From: an uncultured Gemmatimonadales bacterium
GTDB taxonomy: Bacteria > Gemmatimonadota > Gemmatimonadetes > Gemmatimonadales > GWC2-71-9
NCBI GenBank assembly: GCA_963730185.1
Contig: CAVSQW010000009.1
Coordinates: 96,001-160,000, forward strand
Direction of reading: 5' to 3'
Length of the DNA: 64,000 nucleotides
This document shows, piece by piece, positions 51,870 to 62,430 of the stretch (positions are counted from its first letter, which is position 1; every line of letters begins with the position of its first letter). The notes under the pieces were generated by a model. The model was not told where the DNA came from and ran no database searches. It saw nothing but the letters and a program-made list of their open reading frames with translations. The translations under genes were made by a program, and so were the position numbers.

Positions 51870-52289
51870 TCAGACGGGCCACCAGAGCCCGGGGGTGGCC
51901 AGCTCCAGGAGGTGACCGTCGGGATCCCGGAAATAGAGGCTGGTGCCGCCACGGGGCCACCGGGTCTCGGCCTCGACGGCAATGCCGGCCGAGGCCAACC
52001 GCCGCCGCCAGTCGTCGAGGGCCTCCATCGCGATCGAAAAGGCGCAGTGGATCCGCCCGGTGGCGTCGTGGGGGGGAATCGTTCCGGAGGGGCCGGATAC
52101 CGCTTCGGCGGTGCCACCCTGCCGGAAGAGCAGCAGCACCTGGCGTCCCGGCACTTCGAGAGCGGTCATCCGCTCGTCGGCGAACAGGGTAGTGAACCCG
52201 AACAAAGTCCGGTAGAAGGTGGAAGATCGCTTCAGGTCGGCCACGTAGAGCGAGCTCTCCAAGAGGCCGGTGACCCGAGGCTCACTCAT
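51870..52289 (-). CDS. VOC/glyoxalase family protein
   Basis: LESSLYVADL..FY..IHCAF..SLYFRDPDGHLLE. Confidence 0.9.
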   Translation of the reverse strand: MSEPRVTGLLESSLYVADLKRSSTFYRTLFGFTTLFADERMTALEVPGRQVLLLFRQGGTAEAVSGPSGTIPPHDATGRIHCAFSIAMEALDDWRRRLASAGIAVEAETRWPRGGTSLYFRDPDGHLLELATPGLWWPV

Positions 52290-53263
52290 GCCGGGGCCGC
52301 CGAGGCCACCGGGAGGGGCATGCGCTGGATCTCGCTCAGCCGGCCGATGTCGGCCTTGGCGGGCCGGCCGTCCTCGTCCTGCTCCAACAGGTTGACGAAC
52401 CGGGCTCCCCAGACGAACTCGCCGCCGGCGTACGACGTGCGGGCGTGCACGACCTCGGAGAAGTCCTCTTCGGTCGCGGTCATCAGGACGTAGAGCTCGG
52501 GGCGGCCAGCCTGGAACTCTTCGGCTGAGAGGCCATGGATCGGGCTGTCCTGGTCGATCGGATGGACAACCGTCCAGGTCGTCGGCAGGAAGACCACGTC
52601 GTCGCGCTCGAGCTTGAGACTGTAGAACTGCCGGGCACCGTTCTGGTTGAACGCCAGGTTCAACCGTGCCTGGACCTGGATCAACTCCGTCCGCCGGGCG
52701 TTGGCGGTTCGGAACATCAGGGCGGTCCCGCCGTGGTATGGTGCTACGACGGCCACGTCGCTGAACACGAGGCCGGCGTGCGGTCTCGAGATCCGGGCGA
52801 ACCCGACGCCCGCAACGATGGCGGCGCCGAGGAGGCCGAGGAGGGCTTCGAGGGTGACGAGGAGATTGGCCGTCACCGTGGCCGGCGCCACGTTGCCGTA
52901 CCCGATCGTGGCGAGTGTGTCGACGCTGAAGAAGAAGGCCTCCAACAGGCGTCGCCACCCACCGGCGGCGATCGCGCCTTGCAGGGCGTCGGGCCCGGCG
53001 GCCACGAACGCCATGGCGAAAAGCGCGTTGAGGCTTAGGAACCCTACCGCCACCCAGCCGAAGAAGCGGGGCCAGGTGATGTTCAGGAGGTAGTGATAGA
53101 CCGCGATCGAATCGAAGATCCCGAGCCCGACCCGTCGGGAGGTGAAGCTCCCGTCGCGGTTCATCAGGCGGCGTTGGTCGCTCCGCCCGAGCGCGGTCCC
53201 GAAGCCGAGGTCGCGCGGCTTGCGCTCCTCGGCATCGGGCGGATGGTGCTCCGGCGCGGTCAT
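52286..53263 (-). CDS. KirBac-type inward-rectifier K+ channel
   Basis: FFFSVDTLATIGYG filter, LMFRTANAR, WTVVHPIDQDSP, HARTSY. Confidence 0.92.
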   Translation of the reverse strand: MTAPEHHPPDAEERKPRDLGFGTALGRSDQRRLMNRDGSFTSRRVGLGIFDSIAVYHYLLNITWPRFFGWVAVGFLSLNALFAMAFVAAGPDALQGAIAAGGWRRLLEAFFFSVDTLATIGYGNVAPATVTANLLVTLEALLGLLGAAIVAGVGFARISRPHAGLVFSDVAVVAPYHGGTALMFRTANARRTELIQVQARLNLAFNQNGARQFYSLKLERDDVVFLPTTWTVVHPIDQDSPIHGLSAEEFQAGRPELYVLMTATEEDFSEVVHARTSYAGGEFVWGARFVNLLEQDEDGRPAKADIGRLSEIQRMPLPVASAAPA

Positions 53264-53793
53264 GCGGCGCCGAGGTACCGTTCCCGGATGACGCCCAAGT
53301 GGTGGCGCACGTGGCCCGGGATGACGAAGGCGAAGGCCCGCACCGACATCGGGTGACCGCTGGCCGTGCCCAGCCGGGCGGTCGCCTCGGTCGTCAGGGT
53401 CGAGAAGAAGGCCAGCGAGGCCCGCCGGACGGCGATCCATTCGTCGAGGAGGCTCGCCACCGAGCGATCGCCGAAGCGGGCGGGCGGGACCCAGGCGTTC
53501 TCGTCGAACGGTGGGAGCGGCGTGGGGTCGTTCCGCGCGAAGCACATGGCGCGGTAGCTCATCACCCGCTCCGTGTCGGTCATGTGGCCCAGGATCTCCT
53601 TCGGCGTCCACTTCCCCGGAGCGTAGGCGAAATCGGCCTTGCCGGGCGGGAGCCCCTGGTAGAGCGCTTTCACCTCATCGACCTGGGCCGCCATCATCCC
53701 CACGACGTTCGAATCGGGGACCTTGTCGATGTAGATCGAGTAGTAGGGTACGTGCTCGCCCGCGGCGGGGCGCTGGTACGTGGGTGACGTCAC
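53260..53793 (-). CDS. DinB/YfiT family protein
   Basis: YAPGKWTPKEILGH..DTER, GHVRHH. Confidence 0.9.
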   Translation of the reverse strand: MTSPTYQRPAAGEHVPYYSIYIDKVPDSNVVGMMAAQVDEVKALYQGLPPGKADFAYAPGKWTPKEILGHMTDTERVMSYRAMCFARNDPTPLPPFDENAWVPPARFGDRSVASLLDEWIAVRRASLAFFSTLTTEATARLGTASGHPMSVRAFAFVIPGHVRHHLGVIRERYLGAA

Positions 53794-55475
53794 GGACGTT
53801 GCCTCGTGAAGCGAAGGTTGCGCACCCGGCCCGCGGAGAGCGCGAAGCCGTCGATCCTGCCCTTCGTGCGGGTGAACCGGAGGGCACCCTCCGGATTGGC
53901 GAAGGTGGCCGGCGCGGTGGGGTCGAGCGCCGCCGGGTCGCCGTCGGGCCGGGTCACCTGGAGCCGACCATCCCGGACGCCGATCTCGTAGGTGGCGTCG
54001 AGCTCGTCGCTATAGTAGCGACCGGTGTATGAGGACAGCTCGGATGCCGGCGGGGGCGCCATCCGCACGGCCTCGAACCGGACCTCGTCGTCGCTGCCGG
54101 CTCGGACCAGCCCCGCGGAGCGACCCCCGGCCGGCGGGTCGAAGCGGAGCTCGGCCGACCCGAACCGGAAGCGCCGCTCGCCGGCCGGTCGGAGGGGAAC
54201 CTCCACTCCGATATCGGCGACCAGGGTCGAGTCGCGGCGGACGATCCGGATCACTTCCTCGGTGGCCGGATTCCGATAGAGGCCCTCGAAGGCCGCCAGG
54301 TCGGCGGCCGAGGGGCGGGCCGCGGCGGCGCCGGTTGCCAGGGCTTCGGTCGGGGCCGTGCCCATGAGGATGTCCGCCACCTGGTGGGCCAGGCCGTCGG
54401 GGCCGGCGTTGGCCACGTTGCAGATCACCGCCATCGACAGGCCGCGGTCGGGCCATCGGGCCACGAAGGTCCGATAGCCGCCGGTGGCGCCGCCGTGGCT
54501 CACCTCGCGGGTGCCACGGAAGGTCTCGAGGCTCAGGCCCAGCCCGTAGTTCACCGTCCGACCGGTGGTGAGCACGGCCGGGGTCTCCATCGCCTCGACC
54601 AGGGCCCGCCCGCCGATCGTCGGATGGGTGAGCTGCTCGTTCCAGATCAAGAGGTCGCCGACCGTCGTGAGCAGGCCGCCGGCGCCGTAGACGTCCATGA
54701 ATGGCGCCGCCCGCTCGTATCCGCCCGCGGCGGGGCTGTAGGCGGTGGCCCGATCCGGTACCATCCGGTTCCAGTGGTTGCGCCATTGAGTGCGCCGCAT
54801 CCCGAGGGGCTCGAAGAAACGGTGGGCGGAAAAGCTGGCCAAGGGTTCGCCGCTGGTCCGCTCCACGATGTCGGCCAGGAGCAGGAACCCGGAATTGCTG
54901 TACAGGTAGTCGCTGTTGGGGGGGAAGTTGAGCTCCCGCTGGCGCACGATCATCCGGAGCGCCTGGTCCATCGTGAAGAGGCGGGTGCCCATTCCCTGCC
55001 CGGCCAGCTCGAACAGCGTCCACATGTCGCGGACACCGCTGGTGTGATGGAGCAGCATCCGGACCGTGACCGGGCTGCCGTAGTCGGGAAGCTCCGGGAT
55101 GTATCGCTGGACCGGGGCGTCGAGGTCGACCTTCCCCTCCTGGGAGAGCAGCACGATCGCCGCCGCGACGAACTGCTTGGCCACCGAGCCTGACTCGAGG
55201 CGCGAGTCCACCGTCAACGGGACCCGGAACTCGAGGCTGGCCAGCCCGTAGGCTTTCCGGTAGAGCGGCTGTCCGTCGCGGTCGACCCCGAGCACACAGC
55301 CGGGTCCGTTGGTGTGGTCCAGCCGAGCGAACACGGCGTCGATGCGCTGTGCCGTGTCGGCCGCGAGCTGGGCCGAGGCGGTGCCGGCGCCGAGGCAGAG
55401 CACCGCGACGGTGAGGGGGCCAGCCGCTCGAAGGGATCGGAGGGTCGTCATCGGATTCGATCGGGTCGGAGTCAC
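53790..55475 (-). CDS. Beta-lactamase-family (AmpC-like) serine hydrolase, secreted
   Basis: GSVAK (SxxK), HTSG, YSN, HGG; alternative start ATG 55451. Confidence 0.9.
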   Translation of the reverse strand: MTPTRSNPMTTLRSLRAAGPLTVAVLCLGAGTASAQLAADTAQRIDAVFARLDHTNGPGCVLGVDRDGQPLYRKAYGLASLEFRVPLTVDSRLESGSVAKQFVAAAIVLLSQEGKVDLDAPVQRYIPELPDYGSPVTVRMLLHHTSGVRDMWTLFELAGQGMGTRLFTMDQALRMIVRQRELNFPPNSDYLYSNSGFLLLADIVERTSGEPLASFSAHRFFEPLGMRRTQWRNHWNRMVPDRATAYSPAAGGYERAAPFMDVYGAGGLLTTVGDLLIWNEQLTHPTIGGRALVEAMETPAVLTTGRTVNYGLGLSLETFRGTREVSHGGATGGYRTFVARWPDRGLSMAVICNVANAGPDGLAHQVADILMGTAPTEALATGAAAARPSAADLAAFEGLYRNPATEEVIRIVRRDSTLVADIGVEVPLRPAGERRFRFGSAELRFDPPAGGRSAGLVRAGSDDEVRFEAVRMAPPPASELSSYTGRYYSDELDATYEIGVRDGRLQVTRPDGDPAALDPTAPATFANPEGALRFTRTKGRIDGFALSAGRVRNLRFTRQRP

Positions 55476-55482
55476 GCCGAAC

Positions 55483-58297
55483 TTAGCTGGCCGGCCCCGA
55501 TTGGGGCAGCAGCGTCACCCGAACGTAGTTCTTCCGGTCCAGATACCGCTGGGCCGCCGCCTTGAGCCGCTCGCGCGTGAGCAAGGGGAGCAGGTCGGTC
55601 GGGTCGATCCGCCGGGCCAACGGATCGCCGTTCTGCTCGGCCGAGACGATCTGTCCCAACCAGTAGCCGTTCTGACGGAGGTTGGTCTCGTGGGATCGGA
55701 TGATCGTCTCCCGGATCTTGTCGAGCTCCTTCTGGCCGGCTCCCTGCTGTTGGAGCGAGTCGATCTGGACGAACACGGCCCGCACCAGCTCGTCGGCCCG
55801 ATCGGGCGCCGAGCCAAACCCGATCGCGAACGAGTAGCGGTCGTTGGGGATCCGGGTCGGTGACGCCTGTACCGACACCCCGTAGGTGCCGCCCAACTCC
55901 TCGCGGAGGGCCTCGCGGAGCTTGATGTCCAACACGTCGGCCAGAGCGTCGATCACGAACCGATCGGCCCGCGAGTCCGCGAACGGTCCGGTGAAGACCA
56001 GCTGCGTCTGGCTCTTGGGCTCGACTCCCTTCCGGACGGTCCGCTCCACCACCCCCGTCGGCGGGGCGATCCCCACGTCCCGCCACTGCTCGATCCGGTG
56101 GGTGGCGGGCAGATTGCCGAGATAGCGGCGGACCAGCGGCTTCAGGGAGTCGAGCTGGAAGCTGCCGACCACCACGAAGGTGAAGTCGCTCAGGTCGCGG
56201 AACCGGTCCTGGTAGGCTCGGAACGAACGGTCCAGGTCGAGCGAGTCGATCTCCGTGGTCGAGAGCGGCCGGGTGCGGGGATGGTGCTGGGTGAGGGTGA
56301 CGGTCAGGGTATCCTGGAACGCCACCTGCGGGCTGGCGCCCCGGTTGGCGAGCAGGGCCCGGACGTTGGATTGGAACGCCTGGAAGGCGCCGGCGTCCTC
56401 CCGCGGCGCGGTCGCGTAGAGATAGATCAGCTGGAACAGCGTCTCGAGGTCCTTGGGCGAGGCGCTTCCCTGGAAGCCCTCTTCGTAGCTTCCGATGTAG
56501 GGGCTCACCCGAACGGTCTTGCCGGCGAGCTTCTTCTGCAGATCGATGGCCGAGAAATCGCCCACCCCGCCGAGCGTGACCAGCTGGCTGGCGAAGCGGG
56601 TGGCCAGGAAGAGACTGTCCGGCTCGACCGAGGTGCCGCCGGGGCTGAACGCATTGAGCAGTACCTCGTCGGCCTTGAAGTCGGTCGGTTTGGCGATGAC
56701 CCGAACCCCGTTGGCGAGGGTCCAGGTCGTGAGACCGAGGGCCGAGTCACGGGTCTCGGTCGCGATCGGCGCCGGCGCCAGCGCCGCCGCGACGAGCGGC
56801 GCGTCGGAGAGGTTCTCTTCGTACGCAGCCACTTGGCTCTCGCGGACCCGGTCCACCAGATCCAGCAGCTCGCGGCTCGACGGCACCGTGACGCTCGGCT
56901 TGTCGGGCGCGCTGACCAGCAGGACCCGATCCTTGAGGTTGAACCACGACTTGGCGGCCCCGTTGACCTCGCGCAGGCCGATGCCGGGGAGGAGCCGCTT
57001 GACCAGGTCGTACTCGTAGGCGATGCCCGGCGTCGGCTCGTGGGCCAGGAAGTTCTGAACGTACTCCTCCACGTAGCTCCCGGACTCGCTCTTCTCGCGC
57101 TCGGCGTAGGCATCTTCATAGGAACGGAGCACGTCGCGACGAGCCCGATCGAGCTCGCTCGCGGTGAAGCCATGCTGGTCCACCCGCTCGACTTCGGTGA
57201 GGACCGCGTGGAAGCCGCGGAGGATCCCGGTGTCGGGCACCGCCGCGCCCAGCGAGAAGACCTCCGCTTCGCGGACGAACCGCCCCTCGCCGCCGCCGGC
57301 GCCGATGAACGGTGGGTCGGGCTTCTGAGAGAGCTCGTAGAGTCGATCGTTGAGCATCCGGGCGTAGAGCTCACCGACCAGCGAGCGCCGGTAGGCGCCG
57401 ACGCTGCCTTCGTCTCCGGCCGGCCTGAAGATGTAGAGCGAGACGGTGGTGTTCGTCGCCTCCTTGTCGGTGGCGATCGCGGCGGCGGCGGTATCCCGCG
57501 GGGGTACGCCGTACTCCGGCGCGGGGCCGAGGGTTCACGGCCTTGGGAATTCGGCCGAGGTGGGTCTTGATCAGCCCTTCGACCTGATCGACGTCGAAAT
57601 CTCCCACCGCCACCACGGCCATCAGGTCGGGCCGGTACCAATCGTGGTAGAACCGGGTCAGGGCGGCCGGCTGGAAGGTCTCCAGCGATTCCTTGGTCCC
57701 GATCGGCAACCGATCGGCATACCGGGAGCCGCGGAAGAGCACCGGGAGCTGCTGGCGGAGGATCCGGCCCTGGGCCCCCTGCCCCAGCCGCCACTCCTCG
57801 ATCACGACGCCTCGCTCCTTCCGGATCTCGGTGGTGTCGAAGGTCACGCCGTGGGCCCAGTCCTGCAGGATCTGGATTCCGGTTTCGAGCAGCTTCAGCG
57901 TGTCGGTGGGCACCTGGAGCTGGTAGACCGTCTCATCGAACGAGGTACCGGCATTGAGGTCCGCCCCGAACCGCATCCCGATCCGCTCGATGTAGTCCAC
58001 CAGCTCCTGCTTGGCGAAATGCTCGGTGCCGTTGAACGCCATGTGCTCCACGAAGTGGGCCAGCCCCCGCTGGTCTGGATCTTCGAGGATCGAGCCAGCG
58101 TTCACCACCAGGCGAAGCTCGGCGCGCTTCTCCGGCCGGGTGTTGTGACGGATGTAGTAGCGGAGCCCGTTCGGAAGGGTCCCGATCCTGACCGCCGGGT
58201 CGAGCGGCAGCTGCGCGCCGGTGTCGGCCGGCGCCTGCGCGGCGGCCACGGAGACGGTAGACACGATGGCGAAAATGCCCGGAATGAGTCGCAGCAC
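55483..58297 (-). pseudogene. pqqL: PqqL-like M16 zinc protease with +1 frameshift near 57520 (pseudogene or sequencing error)
   Basis: N-part: GLAHFVEHMAFNGT, NAGTSFDET; continues in another frame as EYGVPPRDTAAAAIATDKEAT..MLNDRL through LREELGGTYG. Confidence 0.8.
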
Positions 58298-58311
58298 GAA
58301 GCCTCTTTCGA

Positions 58312-60024
58312 TCAATGGTCCAGCACGATGGAACGCTCCACGGTCCGTTCCAGACCCGACGGCGTCGCGGCCGTCAATCGGAGAGTGTAGCCCCCCCGCC
58401 CAAGGCGGCTCAGGTCGAGCTCGAACGCCCGGCCGAGCACCCGGTCTTCGGCGTCCGCGGCATGCCAGGCCAGGGTGAGCGGGGCCCGGCGCTTGACCAG
58501 ACTCAGGCCCTGGGCGATTCGGCCCAACAGGCCGCGACGTTCGGGGATCATCGCCACGCCGATCTCGACCGAGTCGGCGTCCACTCCCTGAATCTCCCAA
58601 TAGACCCCTACGGGTTGGGATTGCGAAAGGTGCATGGTGCCGATCGCTCGGTCCGCGGCCTCCGCCAGGGACCGGGGCAGCTCGTCGCCGGCCCGGAACA
58701 ACAGCGGGTCCGATACGGTCAGCCCTAAAGTGGGCTCGACCGGGTCGAGGAGACGCCGCGCCCGGGCCAGCCGCCGGGTCCCGGGGGCCGTCGCCTCGAT
58801 CGAGACGGCCACCGGCCGGCCGGCGACCCGGGCCCGGATCGCGCCGTGGTCGATGGCGACCGCCTTGCGCCGGGTCACGACGGGCTCCGCCAACCAAGCG
58901 GGCGCCACCGCCAGAGCCAGGTTCATCCCCGCCCGGCGGAAGGTCGTGTCGTGGGCCAGGTCCACCGCCGCCACGACGATGGTCGAGTCGCCCCGGACGA
59001 ACCGGGCGACCTGGTAGTCCTCGATGGTGACGATGGCGTCGGCGTACCCGGGCGCGTAGCGGGCCCGCGGGCGATCCGGCTGGAGCTCCCATCGGTACCC
59101 GGCCGCGCCGGAGCCGCCGGTGGGGCTGGGGATGAAGGCGAAGGCCGGGGTCCGGTCGTGTCCTACCACCGACGCCGGCTCCAACGTCAGGTACGACCGG
59201 TCGGCCACCGACCAAGCCACCGGCCATCCGTACCGCAGGGTCAGCTCCGCCAGGTCCGACCCCCAGGGCATGGCCTGCGGGGAACGCGAGTCCTCCAGTA
59301 GGGCGTTGATGACCCGGCGGGAGTCGAGCTCGGTGCGGAGATCGTTGCCGGGTTCGGACCACCGGGGTCGCGCCAGCCAGAGCACGCTGTCGCCGAGCGC
59401 CCGGCGGCCCTCGCAGTCGAGGTCGTCGAATCGGTCGGCCAGCTTCGATCCCAGCACCTTGCGCCAGTCGATCCACTCGCAACGGGTTTCGTCCGGCATC
59501 AGGTCGAGCGCGGAGCCGAAGGCCGAGTCGGCCTCGGCGTACCGCTCTGCGGCGTGGAGGGCGTAGCCCCGGAGCGCCGCGCACCACCAGGGCGTTCCCC
59601 GACACTGGTCCGCGGCCTTGACCGCGGAGTCGTTTCCGGCCGTCCCTCGCTCGACCCAGTAGCGGACCCGCTGGCCCGCGATCCAGTCGTCGCCGGGAAG
59701 CTCTCGTTGGATCCGGCTCAGGTGGTCGAGAAGGCGGACTCGGGCTCGCGCGACCGACGCCGGCTCGGCGGGAAGGGTGGTGTCGCCGTCATCGTACCAG
59801 TAGCAGAACCGGCCGATGTGCTCGTCGCATCGGCCGCTCGGGGACCAGGCTCGGGGCAGCTCGGCCCGCCGGGTTCTCTCGAAGGAGGCCTGCGCCTCAC
59901 GGACCGCATCGAGGGCGCGCGCCGAGTCGATCCCGCCGGTCTGGGAAGAGAGACCGGCCGGAGCCGCCAGGGTGGCGACGATGGAGAGTGTTACGAACCG
60001 CAACACGAGGGTCCTGCATACCAT
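58312..60024 (-). CDS. Secreted Cys-rich hypothetical protein
   Basis: Signal peptide; RCDEHIGRFCYWYDD, WWCAALRG, LRYGWP; long ORF with typical codon use. Confidence 0.72.
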   Translation of the reverse strand: MVCRTLVLRFVTLSIVATLAAPAGLSSQTGGIDSARALDAVREAQASFERTRRAELPRAWSPSGRCDEHIGRFCYWYDDGDTTLPAEPASVARARVRLLDHLSRIQRELPGDDWIAGQRVRYWVERGTAGNDSAVKAADQCRGTPWWCAALRGYALHAAERYAEADSAFGSALDLMPDETRCEWIDWRKVLGSKLADRFDDLDCEGRRALGDSVLWLARPRWSEPGNDLRTELDSRRVINALLEDSRSPQAMPWGSDLAELTLRYGWPVAWSVADRSYLTLEPASVVGHDRTPAFAFIPSPTGGSGAAGYRWELQPDRPRARYAPGYADAIVTIEDYQVARFVRGDSTIVVAAVDLAHDTTFRRAGMNLALAVAPAWLAEPVVTRRKAVAIDHGAIRARVAGRPVAVSIEATAPGTRRLARARRLLDPVEPTLGLTVSDPLLFRAGDELPRSLAEAADRAIGTMHLSQSQPVGVYWEIQGVDADSVEIGVAMIPERRGLLGRIAQGLSLVKRRAPLTLAWHAADAEDRVLGRAFELDLSRLGRGGYTLRLTAATPSGLERTVERSIVLDH

Positions 60025-60163
60025 CGTCCTGAGGATAGGGGGCGGATCGGCCGGCCGCCAGCCTGGCCCCCGGCCGCTTAGGTTACAAGGGTGCGCCCGG
60101 GCATGAGCCTTGCTTTCGGTTCCGACCCGACGCCTCGTCACCCGACCTCCACCAACCCCGACG

Positions 60164-61933
60164 ATGACCTGGCAAGCCTGGCTCACGCTCGCGGTCACGC
60201 TGCTCACGGTTCTCTCCCTGGCCCGCGATTGGATCGCACCGGCCACGGCGATGATGGCCGCGGCCGTGCTGTTGCTGGTGACGGGGGTCATCACCCCGGT
60301 CGAGGCGTTCGACGGGTTCGGCAACCCGGCACCGATGACGGTGGCGGCGCTCTACATTCTGGCCCGGGCCGTCGAGAAGACCGGCCTCCTCAGCCCTTTG
60401 GTCAACGGAATGATGGGGGCTTCGACCGGTGGCCGCGCCACGCTGGCCCGCTTGGTCGTGCCGGCCGGTCTGGCGTCGGCCTTCCTCAACAACACCCCGA
60501 TCGTGGCGATGCTCATCCCGGTGGTGCTCGCCTGGTGCGAACGGCGAGGCGCCTCGCCCTCGCGATTCCTGATGCCGCTGTCGTTTGCGGTGGTGCTGGG
60601 CGGCGTGGTCACCGCGATCGGTACCTCGACCAACCTGGTGGTGAGCGGTCTGCTCCAGTCGCAAGGCATGAAGCCGATGGGGCTGTTCGAGATCACCCCG
60701 ATCGGGCTGCCGGTGTTCGTGGCCGGCCTGCTGCTCCTGATCCTGATCACGCCCTGGTTCCTGGCCAGCCGCCGCCCGGCCCGGGAGTCGCTCGACGAGG
60801 GATTCCGCGAGTTCGTGGTGAACATGGACGTGGTCGCAGGGGGGCCACTCGCGGGGATGCGGGTGGAAGAGGCCGGGCTTCGAAGTCTCCAGGGGGTCTT
60901 CCTGGCCCAGATCGAGCGGGAGGAAGAGGTGCTCGCCCCCGTGAGCCCGGCGACGGTGCTTCGCGCCCACGATCGGCTCTGTTTCGTCGGGCGGGTCGAC
61001 ACGGTGGTCGACCTCCAGCGGATGCGGGGCTTGGCGCCCACCGAGCAGAACCAGATGACCCACTTCGACACCACCCGCCACACGTTTTTCGAGGCGGTGA
61101 TCGGGACGGCCTCACCGCTGGTGGGGCGGACCATCAAGGACGTGGAGTTCCGGAGTCGCTACCAGGCGGCCGTGGTGGCCATCCATCGCTCGGGTGCCCG
61201 GGTCAACGCGAAGCTCGGCGACGTGCGTCTCCGGGTGGGCGACACGCTGTTGCTGCTCACCGACCAGAACTTCCGCGAGCGCTGGCGGGATCGGAACGAC
61301 TTCCTGCTGGTGGCCACGATGGGCGGTGCGCCTCAGAGCGTGACCCGGAAGGCCTGGCTCGTGGGGCTCGTTACCCTCGGCATCGTCGGGGTCGCGGGCC
61401 TCGGTCTGCTTCCCATCCTCCAGTCGGCTCTGGTCGGCGTCGGGATCCTGATCCTGGCGGGTGTCCTGACCGCCGGCGAGGCGCGGAGCGCGGTCGACCT
61501 CGACGTCATCATCGTGATCGCGGCGTCGTTCGCGCTGGGCATCGCGATCGAGAAGACCGGGCTCGCGGCGACCGTCGCCCACGCGATCGGCGCCGGCTTC
61601 GGACGGTTCGGCACGGCCGGGGTGCTGGCGGGGGTGGTGCTCGGAACGGTGACCCTGACCGAGCTGGTGACCAACAACGCCGCCGCCGCCCTGATGTTCC
61701 CGATCGGAATCGAGGCGGCCCACCAGGCCGGGGTCGACCCGCGTTCGTTCGCCATCGCGGTGGCGGTCGCCGCCTCGTGCTCGTTCCTGACCCCGATCGG
61801 CTACCAGACCAACACGATGGTTTACGGTCCAGGCGGATACCGCTTCGGCGATTACGCCCGGCTCGGCCTGCCGCTCACGGTGCTGATGATGGTCACGATC
61901 GTCATCGCGGTTCCCCTGGCCTGGGGGTGGTGA
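60164..61933 (+). CDS. SLC13/CitT-type permease with TrkA-C domains
   Basis: SAFLNNTP, IGTSTNL, TNNAAA, TPIGYQTNTMVYGPGGY. Confidence 0.93.
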   Translation: MTWQAWLTLAVTLLTVLSLARDWIAPATAMMAAAVLLLVTGVITPVEAFDGFGNPAPMTVAALYILARAVEKTGLLSPLVNGMMGASTGGRATLARLVVPAGLASAFLNNTPIVAMLIPVVLAWCERRGASPSRFLMPLSFAVVLGGVVTAIGTSTNLVVSGLLQSQGMKPMGLFEITPIGLPVFVAGLLLLILITPWFLASRRPARESLDEGFREFVVNMDVVAGGPLAGMRVEEAGLRSLQGVFLAQIEREEEVLAPVSPATVLRAHDRLCFVGRVDTVVDLQRMRGLAPTEQNQMTHFDTTRHTFFEAVIGTASPLVGRTIKDVEFRSRYQAAVVAIHRSGARVNAKLGDVRLRVGDTLLLLTDQNFRERWRDRNDFLLVATMGGAPQSVTRKAWLVGLVTLGIVGVAGLGLLPILQSALVGVGILILAGVLTAGEARSAVDLDVIIVIAASFALGIAIEKTGLAATVAHAIGAGFGRFGTAGVLAGVVLGTVTLTELVTNNAAAALMFPIGIEAAHQAGVDPRSFAIAVAVAASCSFLTPIGYQTNTMVYGPGGYRFGDYARLGLPLTVLMMVTIVIAVPLAWGW

Positions 61934-62417
61934 CGGCGCCCGAGCCGAGGAAGAGAGGGGCGAACCGCCGCTTGAACTCGGCCTTCCGTTCGTCGGGATC
62001 GCGGCTCCGAAGGCCGCGACACCGATGCTCGGCGTGGGCGTCCCAGCCCCCGGGCCAGGCCTTGAAGATCAGCGACTGACACGCGGGGCAGAGTACCTTG
62101 CGGCCCACTACCAGCGCCGCGGTGAGTTCCGCCGCGTTGACGATCACGCCGGCGGCGTCGAGTCGGGGCAGGAGCGAGCCTTGGCTCGCCGCGAGGGTGA
62201 GCGGAATCTCCGCCTCGAGCGCCTCCATGCCGAGCGCGAGCGCCGCGGTCGCCAGGTCGGCCGTCACGGTCGGGTGCCGTTCCAGGAACTGCTCCAGCGT
62301 CCCGCCTCGATCGAGATGGTCGGTCAGGGCCCGGATCGGCACCCGAGTACCCGCGAAGACGGCGGTTCCTCGCCGAACGCCAGTGGTGCGGGTCGCTACC
62401 TGATGAAGCGGACGCAT
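61902..62417 (-). CDS. DUF433 domain protein with C-terminal Cys/His cluster
   Basis: GTAVFAGTRVPI..LEQFLERHP; CPAC..WDAH..HRC. Confidence 0.7.
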   Translation of the reverse strand: MRPLHQVATRTTGVRRGTAVFAGTRVPIRALTDHLDRGGTLEQFLERHPTVTADLATAALALGMEALEAEIPLTLAASQGSLLPRLDAAGVIVNAAELTAALVVGRKVLCPACQSLIFKAWPGGWDAHAEHRCRGLRSRDPDERKAEFKRRFAPLFLGSGAVTTPRPGEPR

Positions 62418-62430
62418 GTCGGGCTGGCGC

